Source: Escherichia phage 241Ecol014PP | Sequence record: OR062943.1 | DNA length: 64,000 nt | Strand: one strand, 5' to 3' | Shown here: positions 30,008 to 40,216 of the stretch, piece after piece | Position numbering within the stretch: the stretch's first letter is position 1 | How the letters are laid out: the number at the start of each line of letters is the position of its first letter | The notes under the pieces: model-generated | The model's input: the letters and a program-made list of their open reading frames with translations, nothing else | The model's database searches: none | What the model was told of the DNA's origin: nothing | Made by a program: the position numbers and the translations under genes

Positions 30008-30551
30008 AGAAATCTCTCTCCTCAGTTTTCTTTATAAACTCCTGCATGTAGAACTCAATAGCCTCATGCTTGGTGCACTCTGGATTAATGACAAGATTGA
30101 GATCTGATTCTGCTCGTGCAATGATCGTAGCTTTAGAGCATCTCCTCAAGAACTTTGTCATATCATCTCTGTAGTTTTTGTGGAGCGGGAAGTCGCTGTA
30201 GTCTTTCTCCAGATAGTCAGCCATCCGGCGCAACGCCTCTGATAAACTGCAATCTGTATACTCGTTACAGTATTTCATCCAGTATTTAAGCACATATCCC
30301 TCAAAGGTATTAGTACATTGGGACAAAACACCCCTGCAACGACCAGTCAGATGATCATGATCTAAACAAGGCTTACGAAGTGGCTCGCACAAGATCGGAT
30401 CAAGACCATCCTGCTCCTCTGACAATTCTTTTCGAAAGTTGGCTATGTCCTTAGAATCTTTTAGCCACCCGTTATGAACGGGAGCTTTGACAGCTTTCTT
30501 TCTTATTTTACGCTTTGCGATAATCCCTCCAGATGCGCCCTGCCTATCCAA
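29946..30551 (-). CDS. endonuclease VII-family nuclease (junction resolvase-like)
   Basis: CLDHDHLTGRCRGVLSQCTN matches Endo VII DHDH-TG-RG-LC-CN motif. Confidence 0.65.
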   Translation of the reverse strand: MDRQGASGGIIAKRKIRKKAVKAPVHNGWLKDSKDIANFRKELSEEQDGLDPILCEPLRKPCLDHDHLTGRCRGVLSQCTNTFEGYVLKYWMKYCNEYTDCSLSEALRRMADYLEKDYSDFPLHKNYRDDMTKFLRRCSKATIIARAESDLNLVINPECTKHEAIEFYMQEFIKKTEERDFYGDEKGIQSLRFSSDQDEIP

Positions 30552-31132
30552 TAAGCATCTGCGAGATCGGCCTTGCCTTGTACCAAATTGATCCCATCTA
30601 GGAACCCAGGTTCAGATACTTCGCAGGCCTTAACCATTAACTTTTTATCCATCGTAACAGGTTTCTTCACAGTATGCTCTTTACCTGTCTTTTTGTCAAG
30701 CTTTTTCTTCTCCTCAAAAGCAAGTTCTTCAGGAAGATGACTACGAGCAAACTTTTTGGCAGTTGTTGGTGTCACTGTGTGAACCTTAAACAGGCCGTCA
30801 TTTTCACAATCAGCTAAAGCATCCCAAAGCATAACTTCGAGACCGTAAAACAACCCAGCCAGTTCACGTGTGGCATCCCCGCGTGATCCAAAGGAAAGCC
30901 CTTCCATAACTACGGTGTCAACGTGGTGCGTGTGGATATAATATCTGACCTGTTTGCAGATCCAGTCAATACGCTCAGCAGCTGTTGCAAAAGAAACCGT
31001 CCCTGGTTTCTTCTCTTTTGCAGATGAGCTTTGAGTTCGTAGCACAACCTTATGAACAGGCTTTCCATCGTCCCATACAACGCAAGCTGTGTGTGTCAAC
31101 GACTGGTCTATGGATAATAGACGCTCTCTCAT
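30503..31132 (-). CDS. RuvC-like Holliday junction resolvase
   Basis: LSIDQS ... VMEGLSFG ... DLADAYWIGRA acidic triad pattern. Confidence 0.5.
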   Translation of the reverse strand: MRERLLSIDQSLTHTACVVWDDGKPVHKVVLRTQSSSAKEKKPGTVSFATAAERIDWICKQVRYYIHTHHVDTVVMEGLSFGSRGDATRELAGLFYGLEVMLWDALADCENDGLFKVHTVTPTTAKKFARSHLPEELAFEEKKKLDKKTGKEHTVKKPVTMDKKLMVKACEVSEPGFLDGINLVQGKADLADAYWIGRAHLEGLSQSVK

Positions 31133-31464
31133 GCTTCCTTATCCTCCTCTCCTTCATCAGGAGCATAAGCCTTATCTTTGAACAAGACGAGAGAGCAAAG
31201 CTTAACATCGGTTTCCACACTGGTGAACATGCATAACCGCTCGCCCTCAATCAGCTCACAATCCTCTTTTAAAACAGCAGACCATACACGGTCATCTGCG
31301 TAATCATCCGTGTACAGGATGTAGGAAATGGTGTCATCTTCATACAACCGCCACATACCTGTGGCAACAACGAATGTGTTTTTTGTTTTAAGTGTCCCTG
31401 TTGTATGATCATCCTCAAAAACAGCTTCCATAATTGCGTTATCTACAGCATTTTTAGTCATCAA
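31129..31464 (-). CDS. hypothetical protein
   Basis: ORF track. Confidence 0.45.
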   Translation of the reverse strand: MMTKNAVDNAIMEAVFEDDHTTGTLKTKNTFVVATGMWRLYEDDTISYILYTDDYADDRVWSAVLKEDCELIEGERLCMFTSVETDVKLCSLVLFKDKAYAPDEGEEDKEA

Positions 31465-32600
31465 ATTGCTCCAACATTTCTAAGAACGTTAACAAGTTTT
31501 GTTTGATCATTGAATGTTCGCTTCATATACAAACAGTCAAAAATTATACTCATCCATTGGCCTACGGAAATTCTGCGATCAATACCATTGAAGTCAGTAT
31601 ACTTAACAACACCTTTCGGGAACCACTTCTTGTACTGATCAATAATAGCCACCCACATCTCCTTTGGAGTGCTGCACTGAGACAGTAGGTAGAATGCTGA
31701 GGCATCCCCGAACTTACCCTTACCGATAAGTCCTTGATACGGCTTGATGTTGTCAGCAGAGTCACCACACAGCATTTGGTATCCGAAGAACAGCATTCCG
31801 TAACCACCAACCTCTCCATTAGGCTTCATGAAGATGTTCCCCATACCGTTATCGATCAGCATAGGGGTTTCTCTTACAAAATCTCCCTTATCGTTTCGCA
31901 TGGGATCGAACACAAGCCCCGGTAGTGTTCTTTGGTCCTTATCAATAGAGATAATAAACTTGTTGAACTTACCTGTTTTTTGGTAGTGGTTCCAACCTTC
32001 AAATTGTTGGATAGCTAACCAGTCGTCAGCCTCGATACCGTTGATCACTTGAGCATTATACTGCTTTTGGAGATACTGTCTTGCATCTCCAAGCAGCAGT
32101 GGTCGAAGAGTATTGTTACGGTTGGCTTTATATCTTTCCGGCATGGGAAGATCTAGTCTGAAATTACCTGTGCCTCCAAGTACCCCCACGCACCGATCTT
32201 CCGGAATACCGAGATAATTAAGGACTGCATTAGCTTTACACTTAATTGTGTGCAAGCAGTTCTCTACAGGATCAGGGGTTTGGATATCCAAGACATCGAA
32301 ATCTTCGCGTGTCCACGGAATAAACTCCTTGCCAGCCTTTTTACATGCAGCTTCACGGTTGGTATTCTCAGCTTTTAACCAACCACCAACGGTGTTCTTC
32401 TGCCGCCCCCAGAACTCTGTTCGTGTTTTAAACATCTTCTTACGTCCGGAGGCTTTGTGTGTTACCTCAATTGTCCTTTTTTCACAACTTGCTGCAGCTT
32501 GGTATGCAACCTGATCGAAGTCATAATAAACTATAGCGTCAGGTTCAAGAAGATCAGCCAGACAATCTATGGACTCAATAAGTGGATATTCTCTACTCAA
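31461..32600 (-). CDS. RNase H / flap endonuclease (5'-3' exonuclease family)
   Basis: IISIDKD and GDSADNIKPYQGLIGKGKFG resemble recalled T4 RNase H blocks. Confidence 0.55.
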   Translation of the reverse strand: MSREYPLIESIDCLADLLEPDAIVYYDFDQVAYQAAASCEKRTIEVTHKASGRKKMFKTRTEFWGRQKNTVGGWLKAENTNREAACKKAGKEFIPWTREDFDVLDIQTPDPVENCLHTIKCKANAVLNYLGIPEDRCVGVLGGTGNFRLDLPMPERYKANRNNTLRPLLLGDARQYLQKQYNAQVINGIEADDWLAIQQFEGWNHYQKTGKFNKFIISIDKDQRTLPGLVFDPMRNDKGDFVRETPMLIDNGMGNIFMKPNGEVGGYGMLFFGYQMLCGDSADNIKPYQGLIGKGKFGDASAFYLLSQCSTPKEMWVAIIDQYKKWFPKGVVKYTDFNGIDRRISVGQWMSIIFDCLYMKRTFNDQTKLVNVLRNVGAI

Positions 32601-32901
32601 AGACCCTCCTGTTAGTTACTCTGCAAGATGGTTGGATGCTGTAATGAAATGCATCATCACTTTCTGCAATAAGTGACTCAACATCCCAATACTTTTCAAA
32701 AAGGAACGGATTAGACCCCCAGTGGTGGGTTATTTTCATCAAGGAGTCTGGTATCAGATAGCCACAGATCTTAATTACATCGCCAGGTTGAATTGTGTTT
32801 TCATGAAGGTTGCTTGCCTTCTTCAGAATCATACCTTTGTGATTCTCATTTGCATACAACTGGACGATATCTTTATCTTCAACAATAAAAATTTTAAGCA
32901 T
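32593..32901 (-). CDS. hypothetical protein
   Basis: ORF track. Confidence 0.45.
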   Translation of the reverse strand: MLKIFIVEDKDIVQLYANENHKGMILKKASNLHENTIQPGDVIKICGYLIPDSLMKITHHWGSNPFLFEKYWDVESLIAESDDAFHYSIQPSCRVTNRRVFE

Positions 32902-32960
32902 ACCTAGTTCTCCTAGTTAATAAATAGTTAACTGATAATATCAGATCAGAGACTCATTTG

Positions 32961-33254
32961 TCAAGACTTTTTAGTCTTTCTTGGAGAGCTTTTTGTTGAT
33001 CTTTTTCTTTTGTGGTAAATTCCAAGTGCAGCATTTTCTTGGGCACACGTTTTAACGGTTTTTAGATCAGAGCTTTCAGCTTTAGGTAGATTAAGCTCCC
33101 ACCAACCCAACCAGTAAAGCTCTGATTCCGACAACTGCTCAGATTCAGACTTCCGATACAAGGCTTGCATACCTCTGATGATATCGTCCAGAGGTGTATC
33201 GAATACAAAAGCTGTCTTATCAAATTTCTCTTTTGCAGGTTTCTTAGCCATCAA
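32961..33254 (-). CDS. hypothetical basic protein
   Basis: ORF track. Confidence 0.4.
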   Translation of the reverse strand: MMAKKPAKEKFDKTAFVFDTPLDDIIRGMQALYRKSESEQLSESELYWLGWWELNLPKAESSDLKTVKTCAQENAALGIYHKRKRSTKSSPRKTKKS

Positions 33255-33708
33255 GGTAACCCTCTATCCACGAAAAGTCAGTCTTCCATTCTGGAACTTT
33301 ACTAAGCTCACGCCACTCTGCAAAGCAGTCTCGGTAATAGGCCTCTGCCATACCCTTGGTGATCTTATTCACCTTAGCCAACTGATTAACTGCTTGAGCA
33401 TACTTTCCACGGATATTTGCTAACCCAGGATGCACCGATGTGTGACAATCTGGGCACAACGCTATCAGTCCGACAAGCCGGATCACTCCCTCTTCGAAAG
33501 TGTAAAGTTCATGACACTCCACTGGATGTTTGCTGCCTTTACCTCCGCACACCTCACAAGTGTAGTTTGCTTCTCTGTAGCACTTCTTGCGGATCTTATC
33601 CCACTCACTCTTCTTCACAGCGTTCCGGAGGTTATTATACCAAGCTGTTTCTGGGATCAGTTGCACAATAAGCCTGCGTTCAGACTTCATTAAACGTCCG
33701 TCTTCCAC
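33244..33708 (-). CDS. HNH-like zinc-binding nuclease domain protein
   Basis: CEVCGG...HPVECHELY...ALCPDCHTSVH. Confidence 0.45.
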   Translation of the reverse strand: MEDGRLMKSERRLIVQLIPETAWYNNLRNAVKKSEWDKIRKKCYREANYTCEVCGGKGSKHPVECHELYTFEEGVIRLVGLIALCPDCHTSVHPGLANIRGKYAQAVNQLAKVNKITKGMAEAYYRDCFAEWRELSKVPEWKTDFSWIEGYLDG

Positions 33709-33717
33709 GTATTCTCC

Positions 33718-33924
33718 TCATTCAAAGAAATGGGTGCGAGGACAAGATCCCGCCTCGCCTTGTTTCACAAGCTCGTAGAGCTCACCTTGGCTTGTCTCAT
33801 AAAGGCAAATACGTTTACCATTGTCCCGATATACATCGACAAGATACGCTGTTTCACCTGCAAACACGACACCACAGGCCAGACATGCTGCCATGAACAA
33901 AATTGCCAACAGAAAATCTTTCAT
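33718..33924 (-). CDS. small secreted or lipoprotein-like protein
   Basis: N-terminal hydrophobic segment with Cys (LFMAACLACGVVFA). Confidence 0.4.
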   Translation of the reverse strand: MKDFLLAILFMAACLACGVVFAGETAYLVDVYRDNGKRICLYETSQGELYELVKQGEAGSCPRTHFFE

Positions 33925-33987
33925 GGTTAAACCCTCCTAAACATTTTATGAGGTAAAAATACCACGTCCGTGTGGTTATGTCAATGA

Positions 33988-34749
33988 TCAATCCTCAACA
34001 CAAGGTCTTGGATAGCCTCTGGATAACTTCCACTCAGTTAGTGACATTCCTCCGTAGAGACAGTTTACTTCCCAAGACTTTCTTGCACAAACTGCCTCCC
34101 ACCAGGGGTTTAGCCACTTCCTGTCGTTGAAGCACCTTAAGTTTCTTCCTTTGTTATCTCGTGCCCTCCAACAGGTATCTTTCTTAGACCAATCAATACC
34201 TGGCAGGATATTATTCTTGTGCGGGTTTGGAACTATCTTTAAAGCCTCTTCCGGGTTGGCTATTGACCATTCAACCCTAGACTTAGCCTCTTCGAAAGTG
34301 TCAAAATCTCCCAACCTAACATTTACCCTATTTATCCTTCTACTTGCCCTCCACTTACCCTCTCTTTTCAGCCATACCACACCAGTCACTGTAGAGGTGT
34401 TATTGCTTTGCACATTTTCCAAGGCTCTCTTACAGTAGTTATCCCAAGGCTTCAACATTTGAAGGTTTTCTATCTTGTCTACAGGCACTCCGTTAGTAGA
34501 ATTTTTCTTAGAGATAATATGATCAATATGCCAAGTATCTGTGACACATCCGTAAAACATGTCAAAAATTTCCCTATGTCTGCCACGTTTAACATTTGTC
34601 AGCTTATTGTACACTTGGAAATATCCAGTCTTTTTGTTGTAGTGTCCAGCCCTATTTCCATTCCTACTGCAGCCAGGTTTCCAAAAGATTAGATCACCAT
34701 CCTTGTACCAATAAGGGTAGTGATCATTAAAAAAGAAATGTATCGTCAT
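33988..34749 (-). CDS. free-standing HNH homing endonuclease with AP2-like DNA-binding domain
   Basis: HIDHIISKKNSTNG...NLQML and GVVWLKREGKWRASRRINRVNVRLGDFDTFEEA. Confidence 0.7.
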   Translation of the reverse strand: MTIHFFFNDHYPYWYKDGDLIFWKPGCSRNGNRAGHYNKKTGYFQVYNKLTNVKRGRHREIFDMFYGCVTDTWHIDHIISKKNSTNGVPVDKIENLQMLKPWDNYCKRALENVQSNNTSTVTGVVWLKREGKWRASRRINRVNVRLGDFDTFEEAKSRVEWSIANPEEALKIVPNPHKNNILPGIDWSKKDTCWRARDNKGRNLRCFNDRKWLNPWWEAVCARKSWEVNCLYGGMSLTEWKLSRGYPRPCVED

Positions 34750-34803
34750 ATCTCAACACACCTCTGGTGTAGCAAGGTAGGAGAGTGGCCTACCTTTTAA
34801 GCA

Positions 34804-35301
34804 TTAATCCAGAACAACACCTCCAAACTCTACAAATTTCTTAAGCAACTTGTCAATGGTTTTTGGATTTTGGTCGTACTGGTTGTAGGGGAACGAAGCC
34901 CAAATATTTGAGGTCTTACGTATAGCAGATTTAATATGACCGTTATCTATATCTTCAAGTGCTTTACGTTCCCTGATCAACTGGATCGCCCACTTATCCT
35001 GACTGTCTGGTCCAAAATCCGGCAACTTAAGCTGTTTTTTGTAGTGTTCCCAGTATTTGACAAGAAATTGATATTTACCGCAGGCTGTAGTTCTTTGCCC
35101 TTTTGAGTTAAACACTTTACCAGGGCGACCGTTTGCAAAAGGGTGCGTAGAAAAATCTGTAAAGATTTCAGGTTTTCCGTCCATCCCGTATGCTACAACA
35201 TCGTATCCTCCACATTTGGTGGCAGGGTGGGTTGTTGTTCCCTCTGCCCAGCCAATAAGATCCAAGAAAGCTTTTCGTTGAACATTTTTATCAAGTTTCA
35301 T
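34804..35301 (-). CDS. endolysin, lambda R-type lytic transglycosylase
   Basis: QRKAFLD...GYDV...FTD...HP...YQ...SNIWAS...GG blocks align with recalled lambda R. Confidence 0.85.
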   Translation of the reverse strand: MKLDKNVQRKAFLDLIGWAEGTTTHPATKCGGYDVVAYGMDGKPEIFTDFSTHPFANGRPGKVFNSKGQRTTACGKYQFLVKYWEHYKKQLKLPDFGPDSQDKWAIQLIRERKALEDIDNGHIKSAIRKTSNIWASFPYNQYDQNPKTIDKLLKKFVEFGGVVLD

Positions 35302-35425
35302 TTTTCATACTCTCCAGTTTACTCATAACTAACCCGATCAACAACACTGCGTGGTGTGGTTATGTAGGTGCCAATTGAAAAACCATCATTCAATTGGCTA
35401 CCGTTACCTACTAGACCACCCTACA

Positions 35426-36709
35426 TCATTCCAGAACCTCCCAAGTATCTGGGTTAACATTTCGGACGCAGATACCGACAGGGAATTGGTAGTTGTTGTC
35501 TTCTGTCCTTGCTTGATATTTGAAGGTGACAAACTTGCCGATCATTTCCTGCATCCTGTCATAGCTACGCTCCTCGTGCGTGCCTTTCATCTTCATTTTA
35601 ACAACAACACCCTCCTTGTCAACACAGATAAGAACACCTTCATCATTCTTATCTTTCTCAACGTCAATAACTTTCACCTCTGCGTCGTTGAACTTTTTCC
35701 ATTTCAATGCTTCAGATGTTCGCTGACCATACTCATACTTACCACAGAAGTTACGCATAATGGTACCTTCATATCCTTCAGACATAAATATACCAACAGA
35801 CTCTTCGCACCGATCAACTGTATATGCAAGCTCTGCATCAACAACCTTAATATGATCAAGCATCAAAGAAGAAATAGCACCATTTGCCTCCATAAGATCC
35901 TTACAGCGCCCAGACTCTGTTTCAGGATCCCACCACACCTTATCGCTAGGGATATCGAAAATATGATACTCTAAGTCGTAGCTGCAGTACCCTCCGTAAC
36001 GCAAATCATCACGAACAGGCTCAACATCAACAGGAATGTCCATCTTATTGAAGTTTTTGTATGTTGCTAAACCTGCCTTAATCGCAGCCTGACGGCGTTT
36101 TTTATCTGCCTCATAGTCTTTATCGATCTCGGCCTGAATCTCTTCCTGTGTGCGCCACCGTTTAGCAAGAGACACTATTTTCTGCAAAGGAAGACCATGA
36201 ATGTATAGTTCCCCATCAAGTTGTTTAATCCCAGTGGTAGAATGGAAAGAACGAAGTTGCTCTAAAAGCTTTCCTTGAATAGGGTAGGACTTATTACCAC
36301 GGGAAATAAATTTAGGCTCACCATTTTGGAAAACAACAAGCAGACGAAGGCCATCTAACTTACGCAAGATCCAGCAAGGTAATTTAAGTGCCTTGCCACG
36401 CTTCAGGTAGTCATGCACCAGCATGGGTAAAAGGTCAACACCCTGCTCGCAATCTTCCATGTTTTCAACATACCCCAGACGGACTTGTTTTTCCCACTTA
36501 CTGATCGCTTCCAGCTCGGCCTGTTGCTCAGCTGTAGTTTCATTGGTACGACCCACGTTCTTAGGTGTGCAGATCGTCTCTTTGTATTGCAGTTTACCAT
36601 CAAGCTTGCCAAACTCTACGATAACCTTATCACCATCCGTGAATACTTTCCACTGTTGGTAGCTGCCATCTTTGTTCAGTGCGTACAGTGTTGTTTTGAT
36701 TTGATGCAT
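35426..36709 (-). CDS. ATP-dependent DNA ligase
   Basis: Adenylation motif I KLDGLR within WILRKLDGLRLLVV. Confidence 0.7.
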   Translation of the reverse strand: MHQIKTTLYALNKDGSYQQWKVFTDGDKVIVEFGKLDGKLQYKETICTPKNVGRTNETTAEQQAELEAISKWEKQVRLGYVENMEDCEQGVDLLPMLVHDYLKRGKALKLPCWILRKLDGLRLLVVFQNGEPKFISRGNKSYPIQGKLLEQLRSFHSTTGIKQLDGELYIHGLPLQKIVSLAKRWRTQEEIQAEIDKDYEADKKRRQAAIKAGLATYKNFNKMDIPVDVEPVRDDLRYGGYCSYDLEYHIFDIPSDKVWWDPETESGRCKDLMEANGAISSLMLDHIKVVDAELAYTVDRCEESVGIFMSEGYEGTIMRNFCGKYEYGQRTSEALKWKKFNDAEVKVIDVEKDKNDEGVLICVDKEGVVVKMKMKGTHEERSYDRMQEMIGKFVTFKYQARTEDNNYQFPVGICVRNVNPDTWEVLE

Positions 36710-36978
36710 TACTCTACCTCTTCCTTAAAAATTTTAAACATCTCTTCTTTACTCATTACCAACCAGTCCCCCATAAAATCAACAAGCCAATCACCCTGGT
36801 ACAAGACTAGGTTACCAAACGGCTCTACAAGCTCACACATACGACGAAGATCTCTGGTCCGAACAGGTGACGATGTAAACACACCTGTATCAATCCACCG
36901 TTGCAGATCAGATACTGATGAAGAGCTTCCGTCAAACTGGTGTGCTTCTACAGGTTTAGCAAGATTAAATAACGGCAT
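36709..36978 (-). CDS. hypothetical protein
   Basis: ORF track. Confidence 0.4.
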   Translation of the reverse strand: MPLFNLAKPVEAHQFDGSSSSVSDLQRWIDTGVFTSSPVRTRDLRRMCELVEPFGNLVLYQGDWLVDFMGDWLVMSKEEMFKIFKEEVE

Positions 36979-37303
36979 TGCAGTCCTCCTTATCTAATAG
37001 GTCTTTTATCGGGTAAACAAGCAGGTGTGGATCGTAATAATTTATAGTTTTATTCTGCCACACTATGAACTTAATTACAACTAAATTTACCACATCTTTA
37101 TCTCCATGTAGTCCAACACACAGATTTGTCCATATTTTGTGGTTGAATACTTTGCTGTCGATGTAGATTTTAGTGTCAAACTTATCCTCTATCCTGCCTA
37201 TGAGTTTAACCAACTCTTTCATCTGATCCCCAAACACAGCATCGTTTTCAAGATCTCTAGAGTGCTTGTACATAACTATCTGCCTCACTTGCATACTTTC
37301 CAC
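36965..37303 (-). CDS. hypothetical protein
   Basis: ORF track. Confidence 0.45.
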   Translation of the reverse strand: MESMQVRQIVMYKHSRDLENDAVFGDQMKELVKLIGRIEDKFDTKIYIDSKVFNHKIWTNLCVGLHGDKDVVNLVVIKFIVWQNKTINYYDPHLLVYPIKDLLDKEDCNAVI

Positions 37304-37336
37304 AACAAGTAAAGCCGGGTAATCCCGGCTATGTTG

Positions 37337-38050
37337 TTAAATATACTCTGTTACATCCTTGAAGCTAGAAGGCTTCATGATCTTACCTTTACTGTCAAGA
37401 AATATGATAACTTTATTACCGTTGTAGAATTCTTCCTTAGCAACAAAACCTTCATATCTACCATCAAAGCGTCGCTCAAGATCTTTAATCTCCAACTCGA
37501 TGAGTTGTTCAGCAGGCATATCTGCACTGGCACCGTGTGAATACCGTAGATGGTTGACCCGTGCAAACTTGCTGTCATTAGATTTGAGAACCTTACGCAT
37601 CATCCCGCACACATCGCCGCGAAGCTGGAACAGCAAAGCTGTTGACAACTCTGCTAAGCGGTAAGCGGATGCTCTTTGCTTAGAGGTGTTTTTCGCAGCG
37701 ATCAGTGTATCATAGAACTCACCGATCTTGAACTTAAGACCTCGCGGATTATCAAACAGGTTTGACCACTTTTCGTGATTATCATTAACAAGATAAGCGG
37801 CATAACTTGTGACAACGTGAAGATCGCAGGCCTCTTTTAGCAGGTGATCTCCACCATCACCTTTCTCCAGCTCTTCCAAAACTTCATTGAACTCTTCCTC
37901 AATGAAGCTAAGCTGTAATTCGAATGGTGTGTATGATTTTTTCACTTTAGCTGCCACACGGTTCCAGTTTTCCACCCAGTTGGCAGACCAAAAGTAGTTT
38001 TCAGGCTGAGACAGTTTTTCCAGGTTGTCGATCAGTTTAGTATTCAGCAT
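37337..38050 (-). CDS. MazG-like nucleotide pyrophosphohydrolase (tentative)
   Basis: Acidic helix EEEFNEVLEELEKGDGGDHLLKEACDL resembles MazG EExxE...D. Confidence 0.4.
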   Translation of the reverse strand: MLNTKLIDNLEKLSQPENYFWSANWVENWNRVAAKVKKSYTPFELQLSFIEEEFNEVLEELEKGDGGDHLLKEACDLHVVTSYAAYLVNDNHEKWSNLFDNPRGLKFKIGEFYDTLIAAKNTSKQRASAYRLAELSTALLFQLRGDVCGMMRKVLKSNDSKFARVNHLRYSHGASADMPAEQLIELEIKDLERRFDGRYEGFVAKEEFYNGNKVIIFLDSKGKIMKPSSFKDVTEYI

Positions 38051-38063
38051 TAAAGGTCTCCTT

Positions 38064-38825
38064 TTAAAGTTCCATAAAGTTTTCTACGGTCTCAATGAAT
38101 GTTTTATCAGAGAAAGCGTCAACCGCCCCGTTAAACCAAACTGGGATGCCGCGATCCTCATACTGGTAAATATCACTACGTGAAATTCCATTCTCCTCTA
38201 GATGCTGTGAGTCGTATTTGTTAACGATCAGCAGTTTGGTTCCCTTATTGCAGGCAGGGAATAGTTCCCAGTTAAAATTGATAACTGTGTTGGAACAACC
38301 TACAAGGATAACCATATCATTGCTCGTGAGAGAAGTCAACAGGTCATACATGTCTGTATACTTCGGAGCTACTTCTCCGAAGAACACCACATTAGGCTTA
38401 ACCCAGATATACTTTCCTGGATCTACCTCAGAGTATCCAATGTCCTTAATGACGTTACTTCCTTCATCGTCCTCATAGACTATTTCTGGCAAATACCCGT
38501 GGACATGTAGAATATCTTCATGTTTTACACCAGCACGCTCCAGCAAATCATCTACATTGGTGGTAAGATTGATCACACGGCCAGGCCAGCGGGAATACCA
38601 CTCAGCGATCCGGAGATGCGCAAGGTTAGGATCAACACTGCCCAGAGCTACACGGCGTGCATTGTAAAAGTCATGCACCTTATAGTAGTTCTTGGCAAAG
38701 GTGTGGATGTTGCACACCTCATCGATGCTGAAATTCTCCCACATTGCAGTGCTACCAGATCGGAAAGTGGGAATACCAGATTCAGCGCTCAAACCAGCAC
38801 CGGAGATAATAATCAGTCGTCGCAT
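38064..38825 (-). CDS. Sir2-family NAD-dependent protein
   Basis: GAGLSAESGIPTFR and HVHGYL match sirtuin GAGISAESGI-TFR and H-HG blocks; no Zn-ribbon Cys seen. Confidence 0.7.
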   Translation of the reverse strand: MRRLIIISGAGLSAESGIPTFRSGSTAMWENFSIDEVCNIHTFAKNYYKVHDFYNARRVALGSVDPNLAHLRIAEWYSRWPGRVINLTTNVDDLLERAGVKHEDILHVHGYLPEIVYEDDEGSNVIKDIGYSEVDPGKYIWVKPNVVFFGEVAPKYTDMYDLLTSLTSNDMVILVGCSNTVINFNWELFPACNKGTKLLIVNKYDSQHLEENGISRSDIYQYEDRGIPVWFNGAVDAFSDKTFIETVENFMEL

Positions 38826-38833
38826 AAGTGTCC

Positions 38834-39214
38834 TCAGTAGATGTTTTGTTTAATCTCTATTCCAAACTTTTTAAACGAGTCAGCTGCAAGCATGAATTTA
38901 CGAGCCGCTGATGGATTAGAAGTGTGCACGAAAATCTTCACGTTGTCAACTACAGGAGGCTTACCAAATACAAATTTTTCCTCTAACATGCAGAAACAGT
39001 CGTACCCTTCTAAGACTTCTCCTAAATCGCTGTCAAAATGCCACTCAGAAACGCGCCTGTAGAGCTTTCTATTATCGTTAATAAAATCCATGAACTCAGA
39101 AGAGTTCTTCAGCCAAAGAGCATTTTGGATTCCGTAATTTGACGGATCTCTCAAGTCATCCAGCCACACAATCAACTTCTTCATTGCATATAGTCCTCGT
39201 TGTGAAAATAGCAA
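38834..39214 (-). CDS. hypothetical protein in RNA-repair neighbourhood
   Basis: ORF track; real start may be internal Met (MKKLIVWLDD). Confidence 0.45.
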   Translation of the reverse strand: MLFSQRGLYAMKKLIVWLDDLRDPSNYGIQNALWLKNSSEFMDFINDNRKLYRRVSEWHFDSDLGEVLEGYDCFCMLEEKFVFGKPPVVDNVKIFVHTSNPSAARKFMLAADSFKKFGIEIKQNIY

Positions 39215-40116
39215 TCAAGTATCTCACGGCGTTCCTGCTCCAGGAGGCAGTTCCACACATCTTCTGTGTAATTGCTACGAATGAAGTTTACCATGCCGTA
39301 AAACTCTTCGTCAATACGTTTAAAGATATCATCATCCCAAATCTTCCAAGCTTTACCCCTCATTACGGCCTTCCGTGCCAAATAGTATGGAGACTTGATC
39401 TTCAGCTGCAGGTCATAAGGGTAGTAAGGCTTACGGATCATATACCCTTCGCCCCTTGTTTCTGCGGCTAATTCTTTTGCATAGCTGAACGGGATTTCAC
39501 GCACAGTGAGAGGACGTTTTGCACCAAGGTATTTGGCAATCCCATCTAAAGCTGCTTCTGGTAGCATTATTCCAGAATCATTATATCTGCAACCTATCAA
39601 ATATGCGCCATGGTCTTCTTGAACAATATGCGGATCTGAAGGGTGACAAATTTCAAACATGAATGTCATGTTTTCATTGCCCATAACCTTCTTGATAAGA
39701 TCTAAATTACCACATTGCTCTTGGATGGTTTCCTTTGCAAGGTTACAATATGGAGAATCAAGAGACCCGGTTGTTGAGAACAATAGGTCACCTTTATGAG
39801 ATGATACCACACCAAGGAATCCGTTCTTTTTCTCTACCGCAGTCACAAGCTTATTGTCAGGCAGGTTGGTGGAGTTTTCTCCCAAGTTAAACACTTTTGT
39901 GAAGGGCCATGCCACAACATTTCCTTCATTACCTACAACAATGCCTCGGCACTCCAGTAAACGAGGGGACAAATACCATAAATTGTTGTAAAATACTTTT
40001 CTAGCATATTTATAGATCTTTAACCCCAGATCTGGGTAATACCTACTGGTTACAAGACCTTTGTCAACTAGGTCGTCTGCATTAAAATACTTCATCATAC
40101 GTTCCTCATTTGTCAT
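39181..40116 (-). CDS. nucleotidyltransferase, RNA ligase-like (KxNG lysine motif)
   Basis: VEKKNGFLGVVS motif I-like; divergent from polynucleotide kinase gene. Confidence 0.5.
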   Translation of the reverse strand: MTNEERMMKYFNADDLVDKGLVTSRYYPDLGLKIYKYARKVFYNNLWYLSPRLLECRGIVVGNEGNVVAWPFTKVFNLGENSTNLPDNKLVTAVEKKNGFLGVVSSHKGDLLFSTTGSLDSPYCNLAKETIQEQCGNLDLIKKVMGNENMTFMFEICHPSDPHIVQEDHGAYLIGCRYNDSGIMLPEAALDGIAKYLGAKRPLTVREIPFSYAKELAAETRGEGYMIRKPYYPYDLQLKIKSPYYLARKAVMRGKAWKIWDDDIFKRIDEEFYGMVNFIRSNYTEDVWNCLLEQERREILDCYFHNEDYMQ

Positions 40117-40159
40117 TTTGTCAGTCTATCCTGCCACACAAATAACCTAGTGTCAACAC

Positions 40160-40188
40160 TTGAAATTAACAAAACAGTTAGGTATACT
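40160..40188 (+). promoter_or_regulatory. sigma70-like promoter TTGAAA-17-TATACT upstream of pnk
   Basis: Direct reading in divergent intergenic region. Confidence 0.4.
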
Positions 40189-40216
40189 ATCGTTGAAATT
40201 AAAACGGAGGGTCACT

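Noticed and set aside
35351-35974. 207-aa plus-strand ORF overlapping the DNA ligase gene
   Set aside because: Lies fully inside a well-supported minus-strand gene; low-complexity translation; likely a frame artefact. The same applies to plus-strand ORFs 17089-17523, 25077-25496, 25457-25759 and 14119-14757
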